DNA of 64,000 bases from Thermoanaerobaculia bacterium (lineage in GTDB: Bacteria; Acidobacteriota; Thermoanaerobaculia; Multivoradales; JAGPDF01). The position numbers were made by a program, and so were the translations under genes. Of the stretch, positions 63,267-64,000 are shown in pieces. The stretch's first letter is position 1. Every line of letters starts with the position of its first letter. Under the pieces are notes generated by a model. It did no database searches, was not told the origin of the DNA, and saw only the letters and a list, made by a program, of their open reading frames with translations. The DNA is taken from contig OY969426.1 of assembly GCA_963699245.1 (NCBI GenBank), positions 469,118-533,117 of the forward strand, in the 5' to 3' direction.

Positions 63267-63842
63267 TCAGTTGCCGGAGCGGCTGGTGATCAGGAAGTGC
63301 GCTCGGCGATTTCGCGCCCAGCACCCTTCACTACCGTCGGTGCACTGCGGGCGCTCTTCTCCGTAGCTGATCGTGCCGAGCTTGGCCGCCGCGACGCCGA
63401 GCGAAACGATGTAGTCCTTGGCGGCGGCGGCGCGACGCTCGCCGAGAGCGAGGTTGTACTCGTTGGTGCCGCGCTCGTCGCAGTGCCCCTCGATCCGCAG
63501 CTCGAACTCGGGGTGGGCGCGCAGCCAGTCGGCGTTCTTCGCCAGGCGGGCGCGGGCGTCCTCCGTGAGGTCGGCCTTGTCGAAGTCGAAGTAGACGTCG
63601 CCGAGGAGACCGTTGCGCATGACGAAATCGTTCACCGCGGCGATGTCACCCGAGAGCGGGTCGGGCGTCCTGTCGACCGCGGCGCCCTGGGTGCGCGGCG
63701 AAACCTCGGTTGCCGGCTGCTGCTGCGGAACGACCGGCTTGACCTCCGGAGGAGGCGCCTGCGGCTTCTTCTTCGCGCAGGCCGGAGCGAGAAGTGCGAG
63801 AGCGAGGGTCGCGAGCCAGAGCGTCGACCGGGTGCGATTCAT
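63267..63842 (-). CDS. pal: Peptidoglycan-associated lipoprotein Pal
   Basis: LAPAC lipobox, VYFDFDK, IEGHCDERGTNEYNLALGERRA, ISYGEERP, NRRA. Confidence 0.96.
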   Translation of the reverse strand: MNRTRSTLWLATLALALLAPACAKKKPQAPPPEVKPVVPQQQPATEVSPRTQGAAVDRTPDPLSGDIAAVNDFVMRNGLLGDVYFDFDKADLTEDARARLAKNADWLRAHPEFELRIEGHCDERGTNEYNLALGERRAAAAKDYIVSLGVAAAKLGTISYGEERPQCTDGSEGCWARNRRAHFLITSRSGN

Positions 63843-63940
63843 GACGGTCTCCTTCGTGCTGTCCGGAGTCGATCCCGAGTGATCGATTCAGGGCTGCAAG
63901 CTAGCAGAGAGAATTCGCGGTGGCAACGGTCCGGGCCCCG

Positions 63941-64000
63941 TCACCGCAGGTATCCGGACCAGTCCGGTGCCCAGTTGCTGCCTTCGAAAGTGAGCTGCTC
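63941..64000 (-). CDS. tolB: Probable 3' end of TolB (beta-propeller repeat); partial
   Basis: EQLTFEGSNWAPDWSGYLR-stop, a PD40-like motif, directly upstream of pal. Confidence 0.65.
   Translation of the reverse strand, partial: EQLTFEGSNWAPDWSGYLR

Overview
High-GC (about 70%) bacterial chromosomal window, mostly housekeeping genes. Gene content and order suggest a diderm, probably Acidobacteriota/Thermoanaerobaculia-like (inference). Order: (-) rimP-nusA-infB-DUF503-rbfA-DHH-truB-rpsO-pnp; (+) HtrA protease, sigma54 response regulator, pyrE; a cobalamin-linked block (two acyl-CoA dehydrogenases, GT2, a four-gene split methionine-synthase/MttB-family operon, isobutyryl-CoA-mutase-type subunits); RomR-like regulator-valS-birA-coaX-hypothetical-comEC-miaA-hfq-lipoprotein-CDP-alcohol phosphatidyltransferase-dnaE-rsmD; (-) nuoAEFGHJKLMN-rex, lacking nuoB/C/D/I and preceded by a Rex box; a GT2-deacetylase-FabG-ACP-hotdog mini-cluster; tRNA-Leu(CAG), der, MerR-like, tRNA-Pro(GGG), ribH, nusB, transglutaminase-like, leuS, lptE; (-) tolB end, pal, cpoB, rpsT. 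Many essential genes in 1-20 kb and 56-63 kb carry small frameshifts, most likely sequencing or assembly indels rather than pseudogenes. No mobile element or CRISPR array was seen. Best candidates for novelty: the folate-domain-free, MttB-fed split methionine synthase operon; a complex I operon missing exactly its Q module; a compositionally foreign in-frame segment in valS; and a RomR-like protein. All calls rest on motif recognition by eye; no database search was run.
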